The notes: generated by a model not told the origin, from the letters alone. Shown: positions 29,488 through 38,753, numbered from the stretch's first letter. The stretch: 64,000 nt of DNA from Candidatus Limnocylindrales bacterium (GCA_035559535.1 DATMBG010000051.1:248001-312000); one strand, 5' to 3'. Program-made: numbers and translations.

Positions 29488-30054
29488 CTATAGCTGAGAA
29501 AGGATCTCCTCCCTTTTCTTCCGATATTCTTCGGGAGTAATGAGATTCTTCTGAAATAGCTCCCAGAGGGTTTGTAGCCGTTCCGGAATGCGACTTTTTT
29601 CCAATTCCTTTTCTTTTTCCAGAGTTTTTTCTTTCTGGGTCATCTTGAACATGCGCATCAGTTCCTCTTTTACCACCTCACGATTTTGCCTGAAATAATA
29701 ATCTGCTACCATCCCCATGGCCCAGGTTGTTCCATAAACTTTGGAAAGATTCGCAATGATCCCAATACCGGGTATAAACCGAACTAACTGACGCAGTACC
29801 ATACTTCCTCCAATGGAGGAGAGAATTTCAAAGATAACTTTCTTATCCAATGCGTAACCGTATACCTTTCCAATAGCTCGAACCATGGTTACTTGAATGG
29901 GTGTTTCTATAAAAGGAACCGGAGACATGGCTAATACAGAAGCAGCTAAAGCAGAAGCATGGATAATCTGCTCGATCACTTTATCCCGTTCCTCAGGGGT
30001 CGCATCATCAAAGTCGCCGGATATGAGTTTTTGAATAGTTTCTTCGTAATTCAT
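29488..30054 (-). CDS. DUF697/YcjF-like protein with C-terminal SHOCT domain
   Basis: SPVPF..PIQVTMV..IG..YG, FIPGIG, TWAMG; C-terminal L..L...LITPEEYRKKREEIL. Confidence 0.65.
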   Translation of the reverse strand: MNYEETIQKLISGDFDDATPEERDKVIEQIIHASALAASVLAMSPVPFIETPIQVTMVRAIGKVYGYALDKKVIFEILSSIGGSMVLRQLVRFIPGIGIIANLSKVYGTTWAMGMVADYYFRQNREVVKEELMRMFKMTQKEKTLEKEKELEKSRIPERLQTLWELFQKNLITPEEYRKKREEILSQL

Positions 30055-30061
30055 AAAATAC

Positions 30062-30283
30062 CTATTTTTCCTCCTGTTTAAAGGTATCTACTTCAAAGAT
30101 AGGCCCTATATTTCCAACACTCATTAAATCTTCTCGTATTTGCCCGGTTACAACAACCCGGGCACCATCTTGATAAAGACCGGGATCACCCCCGATCAGC
30201 TCGTAATGATCTCCGCTGTCGGTAATAAGTTCCCAGAATCGGGTTCCAAGTTGGTGAAACTTTAAAGTTCCTCGAAGAGTCAA
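30062..30283 (-). CDS. Small hypothetical beta-barrel-like protein associated with the S8 peptidase
   Basis: LTLRGTLK..LGTRFWELITDSGDHYEL...VVVTGQIREDLMSVGNIGPIFEV; start taken at TTG 30283 because the upstream part of the tracked ORF is repeat DNA. Confidence 0.6.
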   Translation of the reverse strand: MTLRGTLKFHQLGTRFWELITDSGDHYELIGGDPGLYQDGARVVVTGQIREDLMSVGNIGPIFEVDTFKQEEK

Positions 30284-30291
30284 TTTAAGAA

Positions 30292-30469
30292 AGAAGTGGG
30301 GGGAGTGTAAGAGTATGGGAGTGGGGGAGTGGGAGAGTATGGGGTAATATTTCTTATCCTCCCATACTTCCATACCTTGAAAAGTCTTTTCATTTAGAAA
30401 GTAACTGGCAAGTATACTCCCCCACTCCCATACTCTTACACTCCCACACCTCCATACTCCCACACTTCT
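30292..30469. repeat. Repeat element copy 1: octamer arms around a conserved unique core
   Basis: 40-bp core 30379-30418 is identical to 37737-37776. Confidence 0.75.
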
Positions 30470-32273
30470 ACGAGGGTTTTCCTGCAAGGTAAGCTAATCC
30501 AAATGAAAAAAAGGCATTCACTAAAAGCCAGGTTTTATCCAGCAGAAAATTTCCAGGAATATAAGCAACTGTTGCCGAAGTTAGAAGAGCATCTACCAAC
30601 AGATGACCGGTCAGACCCAGGGTAAAGCCCAGGGCAAAACGGTTGAGGGATTTTGTGCTTAACAAGGTTATGATCAAAAGAAGGGGGAACATCGCGCTAT
30701 GAAACAACGGGTTTAAATCTGAAATCCTCCCCAACACAGAATAATCTAGGTCTGGAAAAGCTCGGGTAAAGGGTGTTATACCCTTGCTTAATAGGCCAGG
30801 TAATGGAAAAAAATTCAGGAAAAAAAGTCCTGAGGAAGCCCACAGGAGCCCAAGCCAGAAAAGAAGTCGGGGAAGCTTTTTGGGCAGGTGAAATCCTCTA
30901 AGGAGTTTAAAATAGATCCAGGCTAATAAGATCGCCACCAGGAGATACTTTAATCTGACAGGTATGATCATCGTTTGCGGAACAAAGATATCCGGTCGGA
31001 GGGAAGAGACGGCAGCGGCTGCATTGAGGAGTCCGGCGCCGTATTTCTCATCCGGGTTTTCTCCTGGAACGACGTTTGAAAGAGACTCTCCCTGTTGGGT
31101 ATGCCGGGTCGCACTGGCCTTGAGTATTTTCTCTACTTCATCGGGATTTTTCACTCCCAGGGAGATGATCAGAGCCGCTGTACCCGCTACATGGGGTGCT
31201 GCCATGGAAGTTCCCTGGAAATATTCATAACCATCCCGGGTTGGATCCATGTATCCAATGGTATTTTGAAGGATTCCATAACTGATACCCTTACTGGTAT
31301 CTCCACCCGGCGCAGCCAGGTCGATCTCCGGACCGTAGCTGGAATAAGGGGCCAGGGTTCCATTCGGTCCCAGGGCAGAGACACCTATACAATGAGGATC
31401 GGAGGCCGGAAAGCTCACCCCTCTACGACCTGAATTCCCGGCTGCACAGACCAGGGTCACACCTTTATCATGGGCATAGGCCATGGCTTCTTGAATAGTT
31501 CTACTGGGGAAAAAGCCCCCTAAACTTAAATTGATAACCTGTGCCCCGTGATCTGCCGCATATTGGATAGCTTCAGCAATATCGGCTATATTCCCGAACC
31601 CAAACCGATTCAAAACTTTTAACGGCATGATGGTAGCTTCATAGGCTATTCCTGCCACCCCAATCCTATTATGGGTTGACTGGGCAATAGTTCCGGCTAC
31701 ATGGGTTCCATGACCGTTATCATCATTGGGATGGGTATCATCATCGATAAAGTCATAACCCTCTGTAAATTGAGTATTTGCCAGATCTTGGACCCGGTGG
31801 TAAACCCCTTTTCGGTCTTGATAATCTTCATAGGCAACTCCTGTATCGATAACAGCCACAATAACCCCTTTTCCATGGGTTTTGTCCCAAGCTTCCGGCA
31901 TCTGAATGAACTTCATGTTCCATTGTTTATCAAAAAGTGGATCATTGGGAATTTCAAAAGCCTGATAAAGATAATTGGGTTCTACATATTCAACAGTAGC
32001 CTCGGCAGCTAAAGCCTGTAGGAGTTTTTGAAGCTTATCAGAATCCATCCCTGCCTTTGAAAATCGGGTAAGGGCTTCCGGCTTTGAGAAAATGCTGTTA
32101 TAGGTTAATTGAATTCCATACTTATGGGCAATTTTCTCAATCTCTTCTTGGGGAAGATTGTCTTTAAAATTAACAATTACCTCCCCATCATCCTCCTGGG
32201 CAGCACTTTGTAGGGGGAAAAAAGATAGGAAACCGATTAGATAATAAACTATAAAATACCAACGATAAATCAT
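30468..32273 (-). CDS. Subtilisin-like S8 serine peptidase with prodomain and C-terminal multi-TM region
   Basis: VAVIDTG (Asp), HGTHVAGTI (His), AAGN, GTSMAAPHVAG (Ser); signal peptide; hydrophobic C-terminus. Confidence 0.92.
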   Translation of the reverse strand: MIYRWYFIVYYLIGFLSFFPLQSAAQEDDGEVIVNFKDNLPQEEIEKIAHKYGIQLTYNSIFSKPEALTRFSKAGMDSDKLQKLLQALAAEATVEYVEPNYLYQAFEIPNDPLFDKQWNMKFIQMPEAWDKTHGKGVIVAVIDTGVAYEDYQDRKGVYHRVQDLANTQFTEGYDFIDDDTHPNDDNGHGTHVAGTIAQSTHNRIGVAGIAYEATIMPLKVLNRFGFGNIADIAEAIQYAADHGAQVINLSLGGFFPSRTIQEAMAYAHDKGVTLVCAAGNSGRRGVSFPASDPHCIGVSALGPNGTLAPYSSYGPEIDLAAPGGDTSKGISYGILQNTIGYMDPTRDGYEYFQGTSMAAPHVAGTAALIISLGVKNPDEVEKILKASATRHTQQGESLSNVVPGENPDEKYGAGLLNAAAAVSSLRPDIFVPQTMIIPVRLKYLLVAILLAWIYFKLLRGFHLPKKLPRLLFWLGLLWASSGLFFLNFFPLPGLLSKGITPFTRAFPDLDYSVLGRISDLNPLFHSAMFPLLLIITLLSTKSLNRFALGFTLGLTGHLLVDALLTSATVAYIPGNFLLDKTWLLVNAFFSFGLAYLAGKPS

Positions 32274-32307
32274 ATGTTTGTCTCCTGATTGGTAAAGACT
32301 TTAAAAT

Positions 32308-32336
32308 ATTATCCCAAAACAGGAGAGGTTTGTCAA
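32308..32336 (-). promoter_or_regulatory. Sigma70-type promoter of the S8 peptidase unit
   Basis: TTGACA-17 nt-GATAAT. Confidence 0.45.
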
Positions 32337-32378
32337 TCTTTTTTCACCTGCCTGCTTCCCTCTCTCCGGTTTCTGTTT

Positions 32379-33695
32379 TTAATCATAATACTCGAGTCCT
32401 AGATGGGTAATTAATTCCTCCCCCCGGATATAGCGTAAGGTATTTTTAAGCTTCATAAGCTGGATGAAAAGATCATGTTCAGGGTAAAGCTCAGGGGCAC
32501 ACATGGGACTTTTAAAGTAAAACGAGAGCCATTCCTGGATTCCACGCATATTGCATCTTTGAGCCAAATCCATGAAGAGAGCCAGATCCAGAACGATGGG
32601 GGCTGCCAGAATGCTATCTCTGCAGAGGAAGTTAATCTTAATTTGCATGGGATATCCCAGCCAACCAAAGATATCGATATTATCCCAACCTTCCTTGTTA
32701 TCCCCCCGGGGTGGATAGTAATGAATGTGGACCTGATGAATAACCTTCTCATAAAGTTCCGGATAGAGATCTGGCTGAAGGATGTAATTAAGGGCCGATA
32801 GCTTGCTTTCTTCCTTGGTTTTGAAAGAAGCCGGATCATCCAGGACTTCTCCGTCTCGATTTCCGAGAAGGTTAGTAGAAAACCAACCCTTTAGACCCAG
32901 AACTCTGGATTTTAAACCGGGGGCAAGGATGGTTTTCATAAGGGTTTGTCCGGTTTTAAAATCCTTCCCGGCTATGGGAACCCCATTCTGATTGGATAAC
33001 TCGATCAAAGCCGGTATATCAATCGTGAGGTTAGGAGCTCCATTGGCAAAGGGGACTCCTGAACAAAGTGCGGCATAGGCGTAAATCATGCTGGGGGCAA
33101 TTTTGGGATGATTTTCTTTTAATCCCGATTCAAAGTTCTGGAGACTCTGATGGACTTCATCGGGTTCTAAAAAAGACTCTGTACTGGCACACCAAATCAT
33201 AACCATCCGGGATAAATTCCACTCTTTTTTGAAACGCTGAATATCTTCCATAAGTTGATGGGCTAAATCCATCTTGTTCTGCCCTTTTTTGATATTATCA
33301 CCGGAAAGTCGTTTAACATAAGCCTGATCAAATACAGCGCGCCAGGGGACGATAGCTTCCAGTTCCTTCCGAACCTGATCCAGTAGACTTTTCTCAATAA
33401 CACCCGCTTTCAAAGCCGCCTGATAACCGTTATCTTGAAAGATATCCCAGGCTCCAAAAACCAGATCTTCCAGTTTAGCTAAAGGGACGAAATCTTTAAT
33501 CTTAGGAACCCGCTTATCGGTTCGCTTTCCCAGACGAATCGTTCCGAGCTGGGTGAGAGATCCAATGGGGTGGCCCAGACCTTTCTTAATAAGCTCAACA
33601 CCCGCTATCAAAGTGGTACTGACGGCCCCTAATCCCGGAAGTAAAATCCCCAATCGACCTTCCGCAGGTTTAATAGAAATGCCTTTTTCTATCAT
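32379..33695 (-). CDS. ino1: myo-Inositol-1-phosphate synthase
   Basis: GLGAV, GKDFKTGQT, NLLGNRDG, GDNKEGWD, DSILAAP, LSFYFKSP. Confidence 0.92.
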   Translation of the reverse strand: MIEKGISIKPAEGRLGILLPGLGAVSTTLIAGVELIKKGLGHPIGSLTQLGTIRLGKRTDKRVPKIKDFVPLAKLEDLVFGAWDIFQDNGYQAALKAGVIEKSLLDQVRKELEAIVPWRAVFDQAYVKRLSGDNIKKGQNKMDLAHQLMEDIQRFKKEWNLSRMVMIWCASTESFLEPDEVHQSLQNFESGLKENHPKIAPSMIYAYAALCSGVPFANGAPNLTIDIPALIELSNQNGVPIAGKDFKTGQTLMKTILAPGLKSRVLGLKGWFSTNLLGNRDGEVLDDPASFKTKEESKLSALNYILQPDLYPELYEKVIHQVHIHYYPPRGDNKEGWDNIDIFGWLGYPMQIKINFLCRDSILAAPIVLDLALFMDLAQRCNMRGIQEWLSFYFKSPMCAPELYPEHDLFIQLMKLKNTLRYIRGEELITHLGLEYYD

Positions 33696-33751
33696 GAAAG
33701 TAGCATCAAGCTAGAGAAATACAAAGTATAGGGAAGGTGAGCTAAAGTGCT

Positions 33752-33958
33752 TAGTACTTTGTAAAGTTAGATTTGAGTAACCGTTCTGCCCTCACCCCCA
33801 ACCCCTCCTCCCCCCCTCTTCCATCCCCCGTGGACGGGGGATGGAAGGAGGGTATTTGGGAAGTTGATCCGGAGATCCTCCAGCTTCCCTCTCCCACGTT
33901 GTGGGAGAGGGGTCAGGGGTGAGGGAAAGCGATGCAAAATTAGCTTTACAAAGTCCTA
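33752..33958. mobile_element. MITE-like non-autonomous element with TIRs and TA at both ends
   Basis: Left end tagtactttgtaaagttag; right end ttagctttacaaagtccta; homologous to 6162-6379. Confidence 0.65.
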
Positions 33959-34122
33959 AAGAGCTAAAGTTAATTTTCTACTTTAGACACCTCCTTATAC
34001 CCTGTGTTCCCCTAGCTCGGATTAAAATTTAGATCTATAAAGGTATGGGAATATAGTTTTTTAAATACGACCCCTAATTTGAGGATGTCAATGGAAATAA
34101 GGAAGGAAGTACCACAAAAAAG

Positions 34123-34150
34123 TTGACTTTATCCAAAAGGTAGATATAAA
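34123..34150 (+). promoter_or_regulatory. Putative sigma70 promoter of the cheA-like/cheY unit
   Basis: TTGACT-16 nt-TATAAA; GGAGG RBS upstream of the GTG start at 34204. Confidence 0.4.
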
Positions 34151-34203
34151 GAATATAACTTTTAAAGGAACAAAAGTAAAACCCTCTCAGGGAGGATGGG
34201 GTT

Positions 34204-37200
34204 GTGAAGAGAATCAAGCTTTATGGTGTTAAAGATCCAAATATTTCAAGCCAGTTGATACTAGCTAAAGAAAAAGGGTTTTTTGATGAAGAAGGTCTGC
34301 AAGTGGAATATCGACTTCTTCCCTCCGGAACCATAATGCCGGATGAAGTGATTCAGGCCAAGGAGAAGCCTTTTGCTTTTACTCAGACTCCGGTTACCAC
34401 GCTCATTCTTCAGGATCGAGGCCTGGATGTTAAAATTGTGGCCCCTCTGGCAGATATTTCTGGAACTCAACAGGTTGTGATTCGGGAGGATTCTGGAATT
34501 GTAACTCCCAGAGATTTAGAGGGAAAGAAAATAGGAATGGCGCAAGGGGCCGCGGTTTATATTGCCCTTCAGAGTATGGCCCGGGAGTTTGGAGTAGATC
34601 TGACGCGGATTACCTTTGTAGACCTGCTTCCTGCTCAACAGTTAGAAGCACTACAACGGGGAGAAATCGACGGAATGGCGTGTTGGGAACCCTGGACCAG
34701 CCGGGCCCAGGCCATAGGAGGTAAATTTTATTTCTCCGGTTCCCGTTCGGCCATACCGGGCTATGAGGAAGAGATTAACTGGTTGGTAGACCAAAGTGTC
34801 CTCATGGTTTTGAACGAGAATCTTCAACAACATCCGGATACGGTTAAAGCTCTGATTCGGGCCTTTAAAAAAGCAACGGATTTCATTAATGAGAATCCAG
34901 AAGAAGCGGCCATGATTTTATCGGGACCCCTGTCTGCTGATAAAATCGAGCTGGATAAAATTCTGGCCCTCAATAAATACTCCATGAAGATGGATAACCT
35001 CTTTAAAATAGGGCTTCTCTCCTTTCGAGAGCTCCTATTTCAAAATGGGGTCATCTCCACCATGCCCGAGGAAAAGAGATTGTATACAACGGAATGGTTG
35101 GAGGCTGTAGAGCCTTCTCTGGTTCTCATAACCCGTGAAGGGGAGGTTGTGGAGGAAGAAGAAAATGAAGAGTTTTTGGAAATTTTCTTTGAGGAGGCCG
35201 GTGATATCCTGGAAGGTCTGGAGAAAGGAATCCTGGCCCTTGAGAAAGCCCCTGGAGATCGAAATATTCTAAGAAATGTTATAACGGCCTCCCACACGTT
35301 AAAAGGTAATTCAGGATTCCTCGGATTTGAAAAGATTAATTCCCTGAGCCGCCATATGGAAGAGACCCTTAAGGCCGTTCAGAAATCTGACGGAATTATT
35401 ACCCAGGGTTTGATTACCGTTCTCTTTAATTGCCTGGATACTCTTCGGAGATTGGTCAATGACTATAAAACAGATAAAACCAGCCCCCTGGATCTCACAC
35501 CGCTATTAACAAAAATTAATCAACTGGTATCGGAGTCCTTAACCGAAACAGCCGTTTCCCTGGTTCATCAGCAGGAAGAAGGTATTGAACTGATTGGATA
35601 TGAAGAAGTAAAACTTAAGGAAGCTCAAGAAAAAGGAAAAAGAGTATTCCGAATAGAGATAGAATTTGCACCCGATTGGTCTCTGCACTCTGCAGGTGCT
35701 TTTATGGTAACTCGCAAGCTCTCCCGATTGGGGGAGGTTATCAAGGTGGACCCCCCTTTAGGGAGTGGTGAACTAAAAAAAACAAATCACTTCCAACTCA
35801 TCCTGGCCAGTAGCGCACCTGAGGAGTTGATCCAACGTCGGGGAAAGGTAGCCGCAGTTGTTCAGACTATTCGTATATCTCCCTTTGCACTTCCCTCCTT
35901 ATCTGAAACCCACAGGGTAGAGGTCCTTTCACCGGGTTCAGAGCCTGTGACCTCCTATTCCGTAGACGAGGAGTTCGAAATCTCTTCCTATACTCCTGTT
36001 ACTTCTACACCGTCGGCTAAAAAAACCTTACGGGTAGACTATCAACTACTGGATGAAATTATGAACGTGGTTGGGGAACTGGTTATCGGAGGAGCCACCC
36101 TTTCCCAAGGTCTAAGTAAATTAAATGCCATTTTTCCTACCGGAGAAACAGCCCGTTTGATCGAGCAACTTATGAAGACCAATACGCTGGTTCGAAAAAA
36201 TTTGTTGAACCTACAAGAGAATATCATGAAGGTTCGTATGATGCCGATCGATGTGGTATTTAAACGTTTCCCTCGATTGGTCAGAGATCTGGCTCTAAAA
36301 AAAGGTAAAGAAGTGAAGCTGGAAATAACCGGAGAGCACACCGAACTGGATAAAGCCATCCTGGATCTGATCGGGGAGCCTTTAACGAAACTTCTTCGAA
36401 GTATTGTGGAATACGGAATTGAACCCCCCTCTCTACGAGCCCAACTGGGTAAACCGACCACAGGTAGAGTAAGTCTCAACTCTTACCATGCCGGTAATCA
36501 AATTATTATCGAAATTTCCGATGATGGCCGAGGAACCGACCTGGTTCGGGTGAAAAACCTGGCCGTCGAACATAAATTTTTTACCCCCGAGGAAGCTGAA
36601 AATCTCTCCATTTCGGACCTTTTTAATGTATTCTTTAATCGGGGATTGGTCATCCCTGAAAGCGAGGAAAACTCTTTTCTGTTCGGTCCAGGAATCCAGA
36701 GTGCTCGTAAGGTCATCGAAGAGCTTAATGGCACCCTAGAAGTCGAAAGCCAACTGAATAAGGGAACCCGATTTATCGTTAAACTCCCTTTAACTTTAGC
36801 CATTATTCAAGCCCTTCTTCTGGAAATCGGAAACCGGGTTTTTGCCATTCCCTTATCGCTGGTGGTAGAAGTCCTGAGAATTTCAACAAAAAACATCGAA
36901 ATCATAGGAAAACAGGAAGTTTTTCAACTCAGAGGTCAGGTCATTCACCTCCTGAGACCTTACGATATTCTGGGAGTTCCTCCACCTAAAATCCAGAATG
37001 AGAAATTATTTGTGGTGGTGGTACGGGTTGCACGGGATGAATTGGTGGGGATTGTCACAGACCAACCTTTAGAAAAAGAAGAACTGGTCATCAAATCCTT
37101 GGATACTAAAATTGTCAAAACAGATATTATTTCCAGTGCTTCCAAACTGGGAGACGGACGGGTGATTCTCATTTTGGATGTACCCGCCCTCATTAGCAAG

Positions 37201-37221
37201 ATGTATAACCGGGAGTACTAA
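34204..37221 (+). CDS. cheA: Solute-binding domain (SsuA/NMT1-like)-Hpt-P2-dimerisation-degenerate HATPase-CheW fusion; CheA-like protein
   Basis: N-terminal AKEKGFF.EEGL, DLEGKKIG, GEIDGMACWEP. Hpt HTLKG. P3 LRVD..LLDEIMNVVGELVI..RMMP..FPRLVRDL. DDGRG, PLTLAII, and CheW-like C-terminus LGDGRVILILDV. Confidence 0.85.
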   Translation: MKRIKLYGVKDPNISSQLILAKEKGFFDEEGLQVEYRLLPSGTIMPDEVIQAKEKPFAFTQTPVTTLILQDRGLDVKIVAPLADISGTQQVVIREDSGIVTPRDLEGKKIGMAQGAAVYIALQSMAREFGVDLTRITFVDLLPAQQLEALQRGEIDGMACWEPWTSRAQAIGGKFYFSGSRSAIPGYEEEINWLVDQSVLMVLNENLQQHPDTVKALIRAFKKATDFINENPEEAAMILSGPLSADKIELDKILALNKYSMKMDNLFKIGLLSFRELLFQNGVISTMPEEKRLYTTEWLEAVEPSLVLITREGEVVEEEENEEFLEIFFEEAGDILEGLEKGILALEKAPGDRNILRNVITASHTLKGNSGFLGFEKINSLSRHMEETLKAVQKSDGIITQGLITVLFNCLDTLRRLVNDYKTDKTSPLDLTPLLTKINQLVSESLTETAVSLVHQQEEGIELIGYEEVKLKEAQEKGKRVFRIEIEFAPDWSLHSAGAFMVTRKLSRLGEVIKVDPPLGSGELKKTNHFQLILASSAPEELIQRRGKVAAVVQTIRISPFALPSLSETHRVEVLSPGSEPVTSYSVDEEFEISSYTPVTSTPSAKKTLRVDYQLLDEIMNVVGELVIGGATLSQGLSKLNAIFPTGETARLIEQLMKTNTLVRKNLLNLQENIMKVRMMPIDVVFKRFPRLVRDLALKKGKEVKLEITGEHTELDKAILDLIGEPLTKLLRSIVEYGIEPPSLRAQLGKPTTGRVSLNSYHAGNQIIIEISDDGRGTDLVRVKNLAVEHKFFTPEEAENLSISDLFNVFFNRGLVIPESEENSFLFGPGIQSARKVIEELNGTLEVESQLNKGTRFIVKLPLTLAIIQALLLEIGNRVFAIPLSLVVEVLRISTKNIEIIGKQEVFQLRGQVIHLLRPYDILGVPPPKIQNEKLFVVVVRVARDELVGIVTDQPLEKEELVIKSLDTKIVKTDIISSASKLGDGRVILILDVPALISKMYNREY

Positions 37222-37245
37222 AACTGAGTACCCGGTACTCCAATT

Positions 37246-37647
37246 ATGGCCGAGATTCTCAAAAAAGATGGAAAAAAATTTCGATTTCTCTTGGTCGACG
37301 ATTCTCGATTTGCGCGTATAAGCTTAAGTAAGGTGGTCGAACAGGTGGGAGGGGAAGTCGTTGGGGAAGCTACGTCGGGTGAGGAAGCTCTCCGTCGTTT
37401 TGAAGAACTCAGACCCGACATCGTGACCATGGATATGTCCTTACCCGATACGGACGGAATTACCCTGGTCCGACGTTTTATGGGAATAAATCCCCAGACC
37501 CTTATTATTCTGATCAGTGGAATCTCCCATGAGGAGGTAATCGAAGAGGCTTTACGTGCAGGAGCCGAGCATTTTATTTCTAAACCCCTAAACCTAAATA
37601 AAGCCGTTGAGATCGTACGGTGGGTTTTGGAAGAATCAGACCGATAA
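37246..37647 (+). CDS. cheY: Single-domain response regulator (CheY-like)
   Basis: LVDD, PDIVTMD phosphoacceptor Asp, ISG, SKP; 24 bp downstream of the CheA-like gene. Confidence 0.82.
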   Translation: MAEILKKDGKKFRFLLVDDSRFARISLSKVVEQVGGEVVGEATSGEEALRRFEELRPDIVTMDMSLPDTDGITLVRRFMGINPQTLIILISGISHEEVIEEALRAGAEHFISKPLNLNKAVEIVRWVLEESDR

Positions 37648-37652
37648 AAACA

Positions 37653-37832
37653 AGGGTGGGAGTGTGGGGATGTGGAAGTGTGGGGGTATGGGAGTATGGG
37701 GGTAATATTTCTTATACTCTTATACTTCCATACTTCGAAAAGTCTTTTCATTTAGAAAGTAACTGGCAAGTATACTTCTACACTCCCACACTCCCATACT
37801 TTCACACTCCCATACCCCCACACCTCCACCCT
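37653..37832. repeat. Repeat element copy 2: octamer arms around a conserved unique core; likely acts as terminator between convergent genes
   Basis: 40-bp core is identical to 30379-30418; followed by a T-run. Confidence 0.75.
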
Positions 37833-37838
37833 ATTTTT

Positions 37839-38753
37839 TTAAACGAATGTTAACCAGTTATACTTATCTTCGGTTTTGCCACTGGTAATAGCAAAAAATT
37901 TAGCCTGAATCCGTTCGGTGATAGGCCCACGGGTACCGCTTCCAATCTTGATTTTATCCACAGAACGGATAGGAGTAATTTCGGCCGCCGTGCCTGTAAA
38001 AAAGATTTCATCTGCGATATACAAGAACTCCCGAAGTAAGGGTTGTTCGCGAACTTCATAACCAAAATCTCGGGCTATGGTTATGGCACATTCTCGGGTA
38101 ATACCCGGTAGGATAGATTGAGCCGTCAAAGGGGTATAAATAATCCCGTTTTTAATGATAAACAAATTTTCACCACTTCCCTCGCTCAGGTAACCAAATA
38201 TATCCAGGCTGATTCCTTCTCGATAGCCATCTTCCAGGGCTTCCAAAACCATCAACTGGGAACTTAAATAATTTCCACCAGCTTTAGCCATAGAGGGAAT
38301 GGTTCCGGGAGCCACTCTTCTCCAGGAGGAGACACATACATCTACCCCGTTTTCAATGGCTTCTGACCCTAAATAGGCCCCCCATTCGATCACAGCAATG
38401 GCCACATTCACCGGACATGTCTTTGGATTCACGCCGATTTCCTTATATCCCCGAAAGGCCACCGGTCGAATATAACAGCTCTTTAAGCGGTTTACCCGGA
38501 TGGTCTCTAAAATGGCATCCCGTAACTCGGCTCTGGAATAAGGAATGTCCATGCGATAAATTTTGGCAGAATCATAAAGACGGGTCAAATGCTGATCTAA
38601 ACAGAAGACCGCCGGACCTTTAGCTGTATTATAACAACGAAGCCCTTCAAAGACACTGGAGCCATAATGTACCACATGGGATAATACATGGATTTTAGCG
38701 TCTTGCCAGGGAACAAACTTTCCGTCAAACCAAATTTTTTCAGATTCTTTCAT
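37839..38753 (-). CDS. ilvE: Branched-chain amino acid aminotransferase
   Basis: [45 protein letters not shown]; start taken at MKESEK. Confidence 0.95.
   Translation of the reverse strand: MKESEKIWFDGKFVPWQDAKIHVLSHVVHYGSSVFEGLRCYNTAKGPAVFCLDQHLTRLYDSAKIYRMDIPYSRAELRDAILETIRVNRLKSCYIRPVAFRGYKEIGVNPKTCPVNVAIAVIEWGAYLGSEAIENGVDVCVSSWRRVAPGTIPSMAKAGGNYLSSQLMVLEALEDGYREGISLDIFGYLSEGSGENLFIIKNGIIYTPLTAQSILPGITRECAITIARDFGYEVREQPLLREFLYIADEIFFTGTAAEITPIRSVDKIKIGSGTRGPITERIQAKFFAITSGKTEDKYNWLTFV

Noticed and set aside
30292-37832. Repeated sequences as a CRISPR array
   Set aside because: There are only two dispersed copies 7 kb apart, with no regular repeat-spacer periodicity and no cas genes.
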